Source of the DNA: Takakia lepidozioides
Taxonomy: Eukaryota; Plantae; Bryophyta
Direction of reading: 5' to 3'
Length of the DNA stretch: 64,000 nt
Assembly (NCBI GenBank): GCA_030704615.1
Contig: CM060732.1
Location: 51,150,001 to 51,214,000, forward strand
A model generated the notes under the pieces. That model ran no database searches, was not told where the DNA came from, and saw only the letters and a program-made list of their open reading frames with translations. Of this stretch, positions 23,264-36,384 are shown in pieces. The first letter of the stretch is position 1. Each line of letters opens with the position of its first letter. The translations under genes were made by a program, and so were the position numbers.

Positions 23264-25939
23264 AGATGTCACTCCTACTACACGTAATCTCACAAACCTA
23301 AAGTGGTGCAATTTCTTTTATGATTGAAGAGGGAACTCTTTTGTAGTGACATGACTACTGAGAATATTCACTGAATCTTGGGTCCCAAATTTTTATTTTT
23401 ATTTTTATTTTTGATCAAGGAAAGGGACAAAGGCACAAGAAATGAATTGAAAACGCAAGGAAAGAATAATGCAAAGCGGTGAAGGGGGATGGCACAGTGC
23501 GGAGTGGACCACTCCGCACCGAGCAGCGGCAGAAAATATGGAGAGGAAAATGCAGACACGAAGAAGCAACGACAAAGAGTAGCGTCTGCGGATACTACCG
23601 CATGAGCACAAGGTGGAATGATCGCTAACACAAGCTAGAGAAAACCTAGCAACTACGCTTGGAGGGCTCGAAAGAGAGCTGAGCCTTTCGGCGGAAGCTT
23701 TTGCGATGATGCCAATTAACTTCAGGCTCATCCCCTTCCGTTCAGATTCAAGGGTGGGCAGGTTCAGTGTTTGAACAGTTGATGTAAAATTTTGTGAATG
23801 TCAGCTTTGGCACTTTGGTTGAGAATCTTTGAGAGGGACAAAGGTTCAATGGTATTTTAATAAGTAGCTGGCAAATGAAAAACTTCCGTGGGGATGATAT
23901 ATAGTAACGTGCATCAGCCAATCTCCACATTATTTGAATGAAAAGGATGAATGGGAGGAGAGCAATGGCCCACAAGTGGGGAAGTCAGTGTTCCACACGG
24001 AAAGGAAGTTCCCCAAAAGGGACTGTGTGGGGCCGACTTGCATTGCACGCTTCTCTCTCTACCCAAAGAAAAACAATGGTGCCTAGAGGGTTTGAAGTGT
24101 GACTAATGTGGTAAAGCCCATTAGATTTCATGTGAGTAAATCCTGCATAGCTTTATAAAAAGACCCAAATGGGTGTAACTGTCCCCAAGAGGAAACAACC
24201 AAAGCTCGTAGAACTAGATATGTGAGTAAACTACATAGGTGTGGCTTTGCACTCTCTTTTCCTACATGTTTGGTCAATTGTAGCACTGCAGTTCTTCACT
24301 GTTAAGAACTGTTGGTTTTGCCTCCCTCCTTAGCATATCAACTCCAATGGCTTCTCATTCTATGGTCTTATGCTTTGCCCGGCAACTTTCCCTACCGCCC
24401 GAGGTCTAGGGCATAAAATTCAAGGCGCGCCCTCCACTGGGGGCCTTTCTCTATGAATAAAGCACACTTCCAGCCAAGATACAGAAGGGAAAGTTGCAAG
24501 GCAAAGCAGAAGATGACAGAATGAGAAGCCATTGGAGTTGATACAACCGGAGGCCCTAGGGCATAAAATGCAAGGGGCGCCCCACATGAGGGTCTTCCTC
24601 CGTGTAAAGAAATGGGATGATTTCTTTTTCTTTTCATCGTGATCAAAAGAAATAAGGATTCTTTTTGGTGACATCTGAATATTATAATCTTCTAAGCTGG
24701 ATATGGCTGAATTCTTTTGAGGTAATAGAATGGGTAGGTGGGCAGTAAATTCAACGGTCACTTTTATAGGGACCCAGGAATCTGGGAGATAAAGAAGATT
24801 TAGTGGGCCAGGGTCTCTTTTTCACAGCATGTAGTGAAAATGGGCCCAGACACTTAATTAAAGCCTAATGTTGAGTAGAGCAAGGCAATTCTATTTCTTC
24901 CCACTAAAATCAAAGTATATTTAGCACACATCTAAGTTTAAGGAGACTTGCTCAGTGGTAACTGATTAGCAATATATTCAATGCTCGGAGTTACCGAACC
25001 CACTTTGAGGGCCTATAGGTAAGCTTCATTGACAAACCTAATAATCACTGAATCAACACTCCAAGTGTTAGCTACATTGTCTCACTTGTTCTCAACACTT
25101 CTCTGGTCTGAAAATCATCCCGAATTCTTTTCTTCTAATATACTTTCTTCCTCAGGTCTACATGATGAGGACTTTCTAATCCTAAAATCAAGTCACAAGT
25201 AGAAGAAGAAGCAAAGCAATTGAACTTAGCTGGGTTACACTGCCTTTCAGGCGATGGAAATTCAAGTGACTCGGCCATCACCCATATCCCTTGTCAGTGG
25301 AGATCATAACTCTTGCAGTCGCAACCCATACCAGCGCTACCTCAAAACAAGATTTAGTGAAGCCACATCGTACGACTCCCCTTCACTGCTTTAGCAAGCT
25401 CATCCTCCAGCGAGCCTGCAAGTCCACGGATCATCAACACAAAAACGGCGCAACTCTTTTTGGCACAAACACATATTACCAAGTTCTCCCTTGATTGTCT
25501 ACCTTATCCCTTACATTACTGCTACCCAATTGAGGCCCTAAGACAAAATCAAAGAGTCAGCATGAGCAAATCATGCACCCAAAGCTTCCAGCTCTGCCCA
25601 TTCCCTCTCCCGCAGTCTCAGCCTCGATGCCCTGTTGTTTGTCTCCTCGATATTCTAGGTATTGAACGCCACGAATGTCGTCCTTTCAACGAACTTCATC
25701 TGTACAGAGGATTTCATCAGTCAAGCAAAACAACTTAAAACAATTTCACTGGATAATGAATACTCCCATTACATTCACACTAAAAAACAATACAAATTAA
25801 TATTTGATGATCATTAATATCAAGAGCAATATTAACTAGCTGTGAAGGTATATATGTTATGTTTGGGTGTTTTCCGGTGAAGGTATATGAGGATCTTCTC
25901 CCATTTTGGCAATGATGCGTGGTCTCCTCTTGATGGAGG

Positions 25940-26240
25940 TGTCAAGTTATTTGATCACTGGTGTGAAGTTAGCTAAGAAATAGCTAGCTTTTATATATTG
26001 ACATTTGGGATTGACCCAAGTGTCAATCCAGGGGCCAATACATGTTTGGACACCTGACGTGGTTATCTTCACGGCAGATCGCGGTGGGCTCATCTTTCTC
26101 GAGTTGAGCCTCACCACGTCTAGCTCTGGCGCCGTACTGTGGATTCCCATGGCGTGGGGTGCACTTGGCTTGACTTAATATATGAGTGATGTTTTCATGT
26201 GCAAGTATGTGAGTTTGAGAGAGCTTGTGTGCTTGTATCT
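25940..26240. repeat. Truncated second copy of the LTR-like repeat at 4033
   Basis: Shares TGTCAAG.., TATATATTGACATTTGGGATTG.CCCAAGTGTCAATCCAGGGGCCAAT.. and GGTGGGCTCATCTTTCTCGAGTTGAGCCTCACCA with 4033-4325. Confidence 0.9.
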
Positions 26241-26309
26241 TTCCTTTCGTAATTTTAGCTAATAAAATAAAAACTTAATGCAAGCATCCAATATCTGAAA
26301 TCTTTCCCC

Positions 26310-27425
26310 TTCGAAAGTGGCACAGATTGAAGTGACACCACCTTACACAAAGTGACACGGAATGGGGTGACATCACTACTAGAGTGACACCGAAGAGAGA
26401 GTGTCACTCCAATTAGTGTAGTAGCTCCCACTTGATGTTGCGAAGTATAAAAAATACAAAGAGAAAGTGACGTGGGGAGGGTTGCATAGCAATCCAGCAA
26501 GATTTGAACCAGTGTTGGGTAGGTATTTTTTTTTCTAATACCAGCCGGGTCCGGGTATTGAAAAGAAGTTAATTTTCAATACCAATCGGTTCCATAATAG
26601 TATTGAAAGATTCACTCAATTTTAATATCCGCCGGTTCTCAATAGTAGTATGATTTCTGATTTGCGGACGGGTATCAATAGGATGGGTATTCCAATCTAA
26701 TACCAGCCGGTTATCAACCCGGATATAAATAACAAAAATTACAATTAGAATAACCACTAAATCATTAATATGTCTTTAATTGAATTTAGAAGCATACTTG
26801 ATTTCATAAAGAAATTAGTTATTATGTTGCAAAATTCAGACTTTGCATTACATAATAACATTGCAGATTTTAGTATGCAAAGTGAAGCAAGCTTAGTTAA
26901 AAGAAGACTGATTACAAGCCTCATGGTGGCGGGCCCTTGGGGCTGGACATGCCCTCTGACATGTGCACCCTCTTACCCCTGACATCATGTGCACCCGCCC
27001 AATTTCTTATCCATACCATGGTATAGTCCATGTTTTTTTACCCATAATACGAGTATTGGATGGCTATTGCCTTGGCAATACCAGCCGGTCCCGTTATTAA
27101 CCATAGTATTACAATAGCCAATACCAACTTGGTCGGTTATTCAATATCCTTGTTGATACCCTGGTTGATATCCGGCCAGACTTTATATACCAAGCCAACA
27201 CAGATCTGAACCCCATACCACATGTCTACCATCACAATCGTTGTGCCTACAAAGTACTTGTCTCTGCAGTACAGCTATGAATATTGTAAGAAAATTTGTA
27301 GTAAGTCAGGGAAGAGGGGGTGGGGGGATTTGACCGGGGTGGGCTGGAGGAGCCCCCCCTTGCCGGAAGCAGGCCAAAGTATTGTCGGATCACACGCTTG
27401 TATTAAGTTGTTATATTATACCGTA
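26310..27425. mobile_element. Older relic of the Mutator-type MITE family at 31492, interrupted by the hAT MITE
   Basis: 27315-27420 resembles the right TIR at 32062-32170 (GGGG..GATTTGAC..GGAGGAGCCC..TTGCCGGAA..ACACGC..ATTAAGTT). 26315-26430 has GTGACAC/GTGTCAC motifs like that element's interior. Confidence 0.5.
26510..27203. mobile_element. hAT-type non-autonomous element (MITE), 694 bp
   Basis: Imperfect TIRs CAGTGTTGGGTAGGTAT / ATACCAAGCCAACACAG; 8-bp TSD ATTTGAAC (26502-26509) / ATCTGAAC (27204-27211); subterminal TACCAGCCGG repeats. Confidence 0.75.
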
Positions 27426-27916
27426 CGTAAGTGGGTGAGAAGGGTCGACCCACTTAAGGCCAGGCCACACTTGGAAATAGCCTACCAACACGATAAGATC
27501 TATCAGCGCGATAGGTGCATACCTTACCGCTGTTCACACCTATAACTATCATTTTGGGCTATTTCACGTTGTTAACTAATTATTTGGGTTCATACTTGCA
27601 ACAGAGTTATAGATACTTGAGATTTGTAGTTATCTGCGTTGACGATAGAACACGTCTGCGGCGCGCTATCCCTGATGATTGTCCTGCTGCAATCCAAATT
27701 CCATTTCATCATTTCGTCTGTCACTTGAATCACCTTTGCACTCACCTCAGAGCTGCTTCATAGCGTCATTCCATCATTTCATTTCATTAGTTTTTGCGTC
27801 TCACTTGCTGTTCCATTTCTTGTAGAGTTTCTCTCCGTTTTTGCAGATCATTGTTTCAGCATTTCCTATCTTTCTCTCTGTGTCTTCCCCTAGGCTCATA
27901 TGGTCGTATAGTCACC

Positions 27917-29308
27917 ATGAGGCCATTGCAAATTGTGCTCTTGGCGCAGTTTCTGCAGCTTATCATACAAGCGCAATCTCAAATTCTAGAACTCTCCTAT
28001 GCGTCAAATTCAATTGCAGGTCTATGTGGATTATAATCATTCATTGATGCCGATGAAGTGGACACTAGGTTAAGATTCATGAAGATCCAAAATGCTTTGA
28101 TTCTTCATCAGTACCGTTTATCGTGTGTCTGTGAGCTTCTAGCAAGCCAAGAACTAGGAGATTGGGTAAAGGCGAGATCCACTACATGGTACTCGCAATT
28201 TCTGGTCACTCATTACGACGATCAACGCTGGATAGAGCACTTTAGAGTCAGTAGAAGTTCTGTGAACCATTTGACAGAAAAGATCAGACACCTGATGGAA
28301 AAAAAAAACACACAAAATACCGTTGTGCCATTCATGTTGGCATTCGAGTGGCTTGTTCTTTATATAAGCTAGCTCATGCGGCTGAATACCTACAATGCTC
28401 AAAGCTGTTCGCTATTGGAAAATCGACAGTCTACCTCGTCTTGAGAGAGTTCGTTCATGTCGTAAATATCTTTCAAAAATACTATTCGCTGGCCAGATGG
28501 CAACCATTTGACTTATGTGATGATATGTTTCAAAAGCTTATGCGGGCTCCCATCAATTGTTGGAGCCATAGATGTATCTCAAATCCATATTCAGAAGCCG
28601 AAGGGCCAAGCATTTGCCGCTGATTATTATTCCTGCAAGTGTAAAGCGTACAGCCTCCAACTACAGGCAGTCGTGGACCATAATAAACGCTTTCGTAACA
28701 TTTTCGCTGGTATGCCAGGCAGTGTGAACAACAGAAGAATTTTAAGACTCTCCAGTCTTTACAACAAAGCAACATATGGGGATTTATTCAATGCAGAACG
28801 TGGTCAAGATGGGATAAAACCATTCATAATTGGAGACAAAAGGTACCCACTCTTGCCCTTGTTAATGATCCCACACAAGCAGACTAGAATGCGCCATACG
28901 ATTCTAGAATCATTGTACAACAAACAATTGTGTCGTAGGAGAGTGGTGGTTGAAAACTCCTTCGGCATTCTCAAAAAATGGTTCAGAGAACTTTTAATCA
29001 AGACCAATCTTCATATCTTGTTCATACCCGATGTCGTATGTTGCTGTTGTATGCTGCATAATCTGATAATGGACGGAAAGGATACAGATATTCGTACATT
29101 ACTGGCACAACTTGAAATGGAAAACACAGGAGGTCAACGTGCTGGGAGGGGGAACAGAGATGAAGATTGGATTCAAGCTGACAATAATGCAGCAAATGAC
29201 GACGGTGAACAAGTGGTCCTCCAAACCGGCGAGATATCAAGCAATGATCAGAAAACCATACTTGAGCAATATTTGGGGAATCACAGACCTCAGCAACGAA
29301 GGAGATGA
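27917..29308 (+). pseudogene. Harbinger DDE nuclease (HARBI1-like), frameshifted
   Basis: WIEHFRVSRSS, LYKLAH..FAIGKSTV, GAIDVSQ, GSVNNRRI (expected D replaced by N), IGDKRYP, VVENSFGILK, CCMLHN. Frameshifts near 28310 and 28470. Confidence 0.88.
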
Positions 29309-29510
29309 TTCATAGGAAAATGAACTTTCTAAGTTTCTCTGGAACGCTCGGAACAAAATGCGTCCAAATCAATTACAATTTGAAATTCAATTGTCTAATG
29401 GTCGCTAATCTAGAAAACGTTTGACTGTACAATGGCTGTGAAACTAGAAGTACCCACTTTCCGAATTCCATTTTGATAGTACAATGGATGTGAAGTGATC
29501 TTGTGCTCGC

Positions 29511-30690
29511 TCAACTGGCTATGTTGGTAACTTCTTCTGGCTGTTCCTTATCTGAAGAGTCAGCCAAGTTCACTGGGGGAGGCATCAAATCTTTGTTCTG
29601 AATGAATGCATGGCACATGGTTGTGCTCAAGTTAGTCAGTACACCCACCGTATTTTTGTTTGTCCTCAGAAGTTTCCTGTCTCTTGCTTTCAGATATGCC
29701 AAATGTTCTTTGGATGTGCGATCTTGGTTATCCCTGCGATGGTCTTCAATCTCCTTTTGAGTTGAATTCATTCGGTCCATTGCCTCACGATGACTTTAGA
29801 ATTTTTATCTGTCGCCTCTATGACTAGCGAGAAGACACTATTCCTCTTCCGCTTCTGGCCTGTACTCTCGGCTACTGGCGTTATTGGGGGATTCGTTGTT
29901 GGAGGATTTAATTTCGCTGGAAAATTTGCTGATGGAGCCTCTGATGGCGTATCAGGTATATTGATGATATGATTAGGACGCTGCAGAGTGCTTTCGGAGG
30001 TGTCGTCAAGATTTATGACGTTGAGTCTGGCTCTTTGCTCGTTTGCTTGAGCCGCTGTTGAATTTGGCTCGGGAACAAAATCATCGCCCAACAATTCCGC
30101 CATGAGAGATGTTTGTGGGTGAGCTGTCTCATCCTCTTCTTCTTGTTCTTGTACCGGAGCAATACAGACGCCATCTCCCATAGCGTGCCAGATCTCTCAC
30201 GTGTAGTGGAGCGTTTATGATCATCTCCCCTTTGAACGCTTCTATAATACTCATGGTTGAGTTGATGCGAGAGATGAAATTTGTCACAGTCCTCTATAGT
30301 TAAATCCCAATAGGGTGTGTTGTGCCCCGTCCCATTATGATAGTCAGACAATTTTTTGAAGTCTGAATTCAAGCCGTTCCACTTATCCTTGCACATCTTC
30401 CCTTTTCTTGGACTCTTTGAGCGTGTGATCTTCTGGAGTTCATCCGCGATTCTGTTCCACTTTTGGGTAGCAGGTACCATATGACTTCTGGGGTCGACCA
30501 ATTCTTTCTGCATGACATGCTCCATATGCTTGCACTTTATCAGCCCCAAAACTTTTGCGTGCTCCCAGTTCGTATTGCGTTGGCGACCGGGTGTAGCTGC
30601 TTTTTTTCCCTTGCCTTGGCCTGTGTTTCTTGCATTTCCTGCATTCTCTCTTTCTGCCTGTGTATCGTTTGAAGAATATGTATCCGGCAT
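29511..30690 (-). pseudogene. Harbinger Myb/SANT (trihelix-like) DNA-binding protein, frameshifted
   Basis: NWEHAKVLGLIKCK..KWNRIADEL..CKDKWNGLNSDFKKLSDY..YWDLT. Continues in shifted frames (29768-30181, 29511-29780). Confidence 0.85.
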
Positions 30691-31491
30691 TGCTGCAACT
30701 GAAGTGCACTTGTGTGCAGTCCAAACGAAGGAGGAGTTCTTGTGCTTCGAGCGGGGAAGGGCAAGCGCGGGGAAGAGTGTGTTGTGAGCGGGAGAGAAGA
30801 TACCATCCTAGGTTTCAAACTGGTAGCTAACCACGATCAATAGTGCAATGGGAATCTATATTTTCTGTGGATTTTACCAACCCGGCTGTTAGATATCAGC
30901 GACACTATCTGCTAGTGATAAGGCCGGTGATAGCGTGCATGTGGCAGTTACTTAGTGAAATCTGACGCAAGTATGAACGGAGATAGTTTATTTCGGGTTT
31001 ATCGCCACCGCTATCGGCAGGTGTGGCCTGACCTTTACATAGCATTTAATTTGCTTATGGCCCATTCATACTCGTAAATAAGTCTTACCTAGAAATAGTG
31101 TTAAAAAAGAAAAGAAAAAAAGGGGTGTCTTACCTTTAAACTTTTGAAACTAATAATTGGGTGACAGATAAAGTCATTGGCAGGCTTTCTTCTTCATCTA
31201 TTGTATTTAATGATTAGAGATAACTTAACCCATGAGCAAGGGTAAGGTACCCCCTGGAATAAATAAAGGGGGAGGTAGAGGTGATGCTACATTAATTTTG
31301 TCATTTTCCACATAGATTACCTTGCACATATCTATAGATTATTTATCCACCGCATTAGCCGGGAGGTTAAGTTTTACTTGCAAATGTAAATGGGCCATAC
31401 ACACATCCCTGGATAACCATTAGTATGCAATGTACCATTGCAAGAGCTGATACTTGTTAGTTGAAACTACTTGCTCAATGGATGTAAGAAC

Positions 31492-32179
31492 GGAAGATAA
31501 TAGGAATAATGTAAGAACTTAATGTACACGTGCAACCTCTAACAGGATGGTACGCTGGTTTCCGGCATGTCAAATCTTCCCCACCCTCTCTTGAGGGTGA
31601 CATGGAACTGAAGGAGTGTCAACTCCAGTCGGGGTTACACGACGAGGTGTGTAACTCCACTTGGGGTTACACAGAATGGAGTGTAACTCCAGTCAGTGTA
31701 ACCCACACTTGGTTTCGAAATTTGACTAAGTCCAAATGTGGCTAAGTATAAAATGGACCAACTAGAGTTACATGAGAAATCGAGGTTACATAGGGTTACA
31801 CCAAGTGAAGGGTTACATCGACCAGGGTTACACCGAGTGGAGGGTTACATCGACCAGGGTTACACTGAGTGGAGAGTTACATCAATCAGGGTTACACCGA
31901 GTGTAGGGCTACATCAACTGGGGTTACATTGCCACAACCTCCCATCAGGAGCTGAACCCAGAACCTCGCCACCTCCATTGTTATCACCTTACCATCATAC
32001 CCACCACAGCTTGCAACCCACTCGGATTCATAAGTATTTAATAGTGAAACCGAGATAATATGGGGTGGGGAAGATTTGACAGGAGCCCTGCCGGAGGAGC
32101 CCAGCTTGCCGGAATCCAGCGAAAGTACTGTCAGATTACACGCGTCCATTAAGTTCTTACATTATTCCTACTATCTTCT
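31492..32179. mobile_element. Mutator-type (MULE) non-autonomous element, 688 bp
   Basis: Long TIRs (31492-~31587 vs ~32062-32179, starting GGAAGATAATAGGAATAATGTAAGAACTTAATG). Perfect 9-bp TSD TGTAAGAAC at 31483-31491 and 32180-32188. Internal ~32-bp tandem GGGTTACACCGAGTGGAGGGTTACATCGACCA x~4 at 31793-31929. Confidence 0.9.
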
Positions 32180-33672
32180 TGTAAGAACATAGGCTTTGTA
32201 AATTCGCTTGATGCAACTTAAGTACCTTGCCCTTTTCTAAGTTTTACTTGGAAAAAATTGCTAAGAAAATCAGCGGAAATTCTAACTATGCATCATAAAA
32301 GTCCGTCTAAAGATTCCCTTCATGTTGCGTGCTCCTTGAATCCACAAGTGGGCCACTCTGAAAAAACAAAAAGAGGCACCGCAAAGCAAAGCCAACATGA
32401 ATGAGAGCCTCTTCCCCTTGTGGCTACTGCCCCCTTTTCGGAGATGTGCTGAAACAAAGTATTCGATATTCCTCCACCACATAATAGGGGCCATGCACGA
32501 TTAGTCGGCCCATTGCGTAGCCCAGATATTCATATTCACATGCAGCAACTTTCCAGTGGGAAATGTCCACATCTTCCCAGCTTTTCGGAGCGACCCAAGG
32601 TGGCGTGGTGCAATTGGCAAAAAGATCCTCAACATGGGGTTAGTAACGCACGCAAGTTCATAAGCTAAGAGAATATTTGAAGTAATTTATAACATAATGT
32701 ATGCATTGCACAATGTGATCTCCTAGACACAAGAAGAGTCTTTGCTGCAATCCAAAATACAACTTGAAGGCTCGTCTGCTTTACGCCTTCATGGCACTTG
32801 AGTTTTTTTTTTTTTTTTTTTCCCTCCTTTCTAATGCAATATAGGGGTTTCAGTCCCCTTTTCTTTTATAAAAAACTGATAAATAGAGTAATTTAAAAAT
32901 AGAGTAATATTGTAAGACAGATGTAGCCTATGCTCTGATTATTTTTTCCAAAGCTTCTTTGAGTTACAACTTGGCCTTTGTCCCTTTCACAATAAAAGTA
33001 GATAAACTAAGAAATATTTAAGTGTGATTGGCCATAATGTAACCCTTAAACGCCCAGTGCCTTTTTATTGATTTTGTTAAAAAAAAAAAAAAAAGAAACA
33101 GAAGAAGAAAAACATCAATAAAAAAAATTCTAGCGATGACTGAAGGTCGGGAGACTACTTTAGCGTAGAGCAGGAATAGGGTGCTTTTGTGCCATATCAT
33201 CATCACCATGTCATCTCTGCCACGTCATCATAGCCACGTTTCATCGTCGTCAAGTTTCTTGGAACCTGCCCGAACTGCCCGGAAAATCCGAAAGTAACTG
33301 CTTGAACTATACTTCGTCGAGACTGACCCCTTTCCTCCCTGCTGAATCTGTTTGCTGTTCGAAGGAGAGAGAGAGCGCGCGAATCTACTCTAAGACTATG
33401 TTTGCTCCAGATTTGGCAAGAGAGCCGCGGGCTGAATCTGATCTGCTGCCAGGAACTTGGGGGCATCTACAGTTGAACCAGAGAAACAACAAGGTAGAGC
33501 CATGAGATATTTTTGGCAGGGGGTAGGGGGCAGTGGGGAAGAAGGTAAGACAACTTCTTGGAAGATGAACGTCATCAAATTGTAGAGACACAGAGAGAAT
33601 ATAGCAATAACCATGTTTACATATGCGGATTGTCAGGGTCAGTGACTTGGAGCAGAGTGATGGTTGGCTGAG

Positions 33673-33674
<2 letters not shown>

Positions 33675-33710
<36 letters not shown>
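33675..33710 (+). repeat. Poly(C) tract, 36 nt
   Basis: Direct count. Confidence 0.9.
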
Positions 33711-34660
33711 TTGACAGGTTCTAGCGTATTTGTACGGGAAAGAGCGGGCCGGAGAGAGAAAATCAGGCTGCCTGAGAACTTGTCTACGTGCACTCCATAC
33801 AAAAAGCTGGTAGCTGTTGCAGCTTTGGGTAATGTTGAGGAGGTCCCAAATTTTCTACATTCAGATCCAGGGTGCACTCCAGATTCCACGAAAAAGTCAC
33901 TGCGCACAGCTGCATTGGGGAATGCCCTATCAGGTATCCGTCAATTTACTCCAGGGGTTCGAATGTGGGAACTGGTGAAAGTGATCTGTATTATGACGAT
34001 AATATTTGTGCCGTGAGTCTCACCCGCATCTACTGGGCTGATTTGTCATGATGATTCTCACTTGGAAGATGATCGAGATCTCACCTTATGCCTTTTGTAA
34101 CGAAAAATTAGTGGTGGATTGTTAGTGATTACAATGGTCTCTTGGACGTGCTTCTGAGAAGTCCCAGTATTGTGGCTACAGAGAGGTTCTTATTGTCGGT
34201 AGTAGAACCTCAAATTGAGTTTTTGCTGAACAATGCCAGAATGTTGGCATTCCCGCAAAGCCTGCAAACAATCACCAGTACCCAATCTTTTTTTTTTTCC
34301 CTCCAGGGATGGCCTACACCTTCCTGCCCTGGCAACTTGACGAATCCCAATTACAGATTCAAGGGCGGATGGGTCTTTTAATTTTCTCAGTGTGTGATTG
34401 TTCGGAAGTTCTGCGCTTCAAATGACACATTTAAAGAAGGGGGCTTACCTCCCAAAATCTCTTCATCAGTATATTGGTCGTTGGCGGTCCAGGTTGCTTC
34501 TGATTGTCCTCAAACAAGTGGGGTGGGGGGGATCCTGTGGAATAATGTTAATTTAGTTTGCAAGTCACTGAACCCCAGTACTTTTCAATATGTTTCCCTG
34601 TTGGTAGGGACAGCTTTTTGATCTACATCTTAAAGCCTTTTAATCATTTTGTTGGTGCTG

Positions 34661-35670
34661 TCATGAGGTTCTCAGCTGATTGACTGTGTCTTGACTTTTA
34701 GGACTGTGAACAGATAGGCCAAAGTTACAGGCAGGAATAGAACCAGAACTTCCCATCCCACTTTGGACATATCCACTCTCCCTTTCCTCTTCTGTGTTCA
34801 AAGGTAGGCTCCCCAACCTAAGTTTACAATTCAGCTCTGAATCTATGCCAAAGTGGGGTAAAATTTGAGTTGTGAGCTTGTAAGAGCAAGAGACATTGAT
34901 TCCATGAGACTGCACAATCCAGGGTGGGGGAATAAGATGGGACGAGGGCACCTTGGATAGCAGGTGTATGGCCAATGTGCATGCAATGCTTCCAGGGCAA
35001 GTTGGGGGTGATTCCCGCGTAGGCACAGACATGAACATTTGTCTTGGATAAGCTTCCATTCCTGAATCATGCACATAGAAGTGATAACCACGCATGAACA
35101 TGAACATTTGTTCTGGATAAGCTTCCATTCCTGAATCTTGCACAGAGAAGTGAGAACCATTGAATGACTAGTACTACTTTGAGAGATGAAGGACCTGATT
35201 TGCGAGGAGCAACATATCAGTAGTATGAGTGTTGGTTTGGGTGGTGGCAATGTGAGAGATGACCAGAGCATAGTCTGCTGGTTATTTTCTACCACGTACC
35301 AGGATAGTGAGTTTGGGGGTGAGGCATAGTACCTTGTTGGTTGTTGAATTGACGAGAACATTGCCAGATTTGGGAGTTTCCCAAAATTTGAGTGGTGCTG
35401 AGATTTGAGCAGCATAGTGCTATTGAGTTCAGATGTCATACCTCTAGTGAGTTCATATGCGGAGTGAGCCCAGAAGGTGTGATGACCATCAAATCGTATG
35501 TTTGGGGTATCTATATGACACAACAAGATTGTCCAGGTCTTGTAAGTAAATGCAGGAGTATAAATAACAGTATAATCACTCTGGCGTTTAGGAATTTGGC
35601 ACCTGGTGAGGGAGAAATCTCTGCTTAGGGTGAGCGACCTGCACCTAAACACATCTGATCGAACCAGCAA
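34661..35670 (-). mobile_element. Degenerate LINE ORF2 fragments
   Basis: LNCKLRLGSLPLN (~34800-34840) matches LKFKLRAGSLPLN of the LINE at 42241. YTPAFTYKTW resembles the post-RT RPxLxYGxxxW motif. Confidence 0.55.
35029..35166. repeat. 69-bp tandem duplication (2 copies)
   Basis: ACATGAACATTTG..GGATAAGCTTCCATTCCTGAATC.TGCACA.AGAAGTGA.AACCA at 35029 and 35098. Confidence 0.9.
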
Positions 35671-36384
35671 GATGTGGGGAAAAGAGGCTGGAAGCCGGCA
35701 GGTTGAAGCACACGTTCAATGGGCAACAGCCCCATCGACATGCGGTTGTTGGAGTGAGGTGGCCTCTGGCTGCTGCAAAGTATGAGCAGCTGCTCATGTG
35801 TGCGACATGACCCCTTGCAAGAGCCGCTGATCTTGGCATAGGGTGGCGGAGCTGTGGGCAGAGAGATGACATTGAGTATACATAGCAGAGCACGCCATGC
35901 TTCCCAAAAGTAGTTTCAGAATGATGTTGATGGCGCTTCCTGTAAAGCTGAAGCTAGCGGGACTGAGTGATGAAGTAATACTTAGACCAATGGCACATCT
36001 GGTGGTTTTGGTGATGCGGAAGCCTGATTCGCCACGGCCTTCTGGCACTGTGAGAGGAGGTAAGCCGGGGCCAAGAGGGCAGGAAAGTAAGGTGGCAGGC
36101 AAAGCTGATGCTACCAGCGATCGGGGTTGGCCGGGCAGAGTAATGCTGGCTGTTGCTGGAAATCAGCCCAGTTGACCTTATCAGCCCTCTGGCAACTGTT
36201 GGGGGTTGTTCCAAATCAGTTACAGGAAGGCCTTCATGCCTTTTTGCTGGAGAGTGAGCACTGTTTAGGAGAAGCGTCCATTTGACCGTAACCCAACAAG
36301 AGCCCAGCAAATCCAGGTTCCCATCCTTGGGATTATATGGGCTAGTAGCAGCGATCTCTTGGTTTTTTGTTAAACTCATAAAAC

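Larger units (their letters stand above)
27457..31034. mobile_element. Full-length, decayed PIF/Harbinger DNA transposon (3578 bp)
   Basis: TIRs AGGCCAGGCCACACTTG / CAGGTGTGGCCTGACCT; 3-bp TTA TSD at 27454-27456 and 31035-31037; convergent DDE nuclease and Myb/SANT genes. Confidence 0.93.

Noticed and set aside
24945-25020. A-box-like GCTCAGTGGTA
   Set aside because: No cloverleaf or B box, so not a tRNA.
31793-31929. Regularly spaced GGGTTACA repeats resembling a CRISPR array or telomere
   Set aside because: The spacers are themselves repeated, the context is eukaryotic, the motif is not TTTAGGG, and the array lies inside a MULE MITE.
33675-33710. Poly-Gly ORF / G-quadruplex potential
   Set aside because: Simple homopolymer in TE-rich DNA; its length may be unreliable and there is no functional context.
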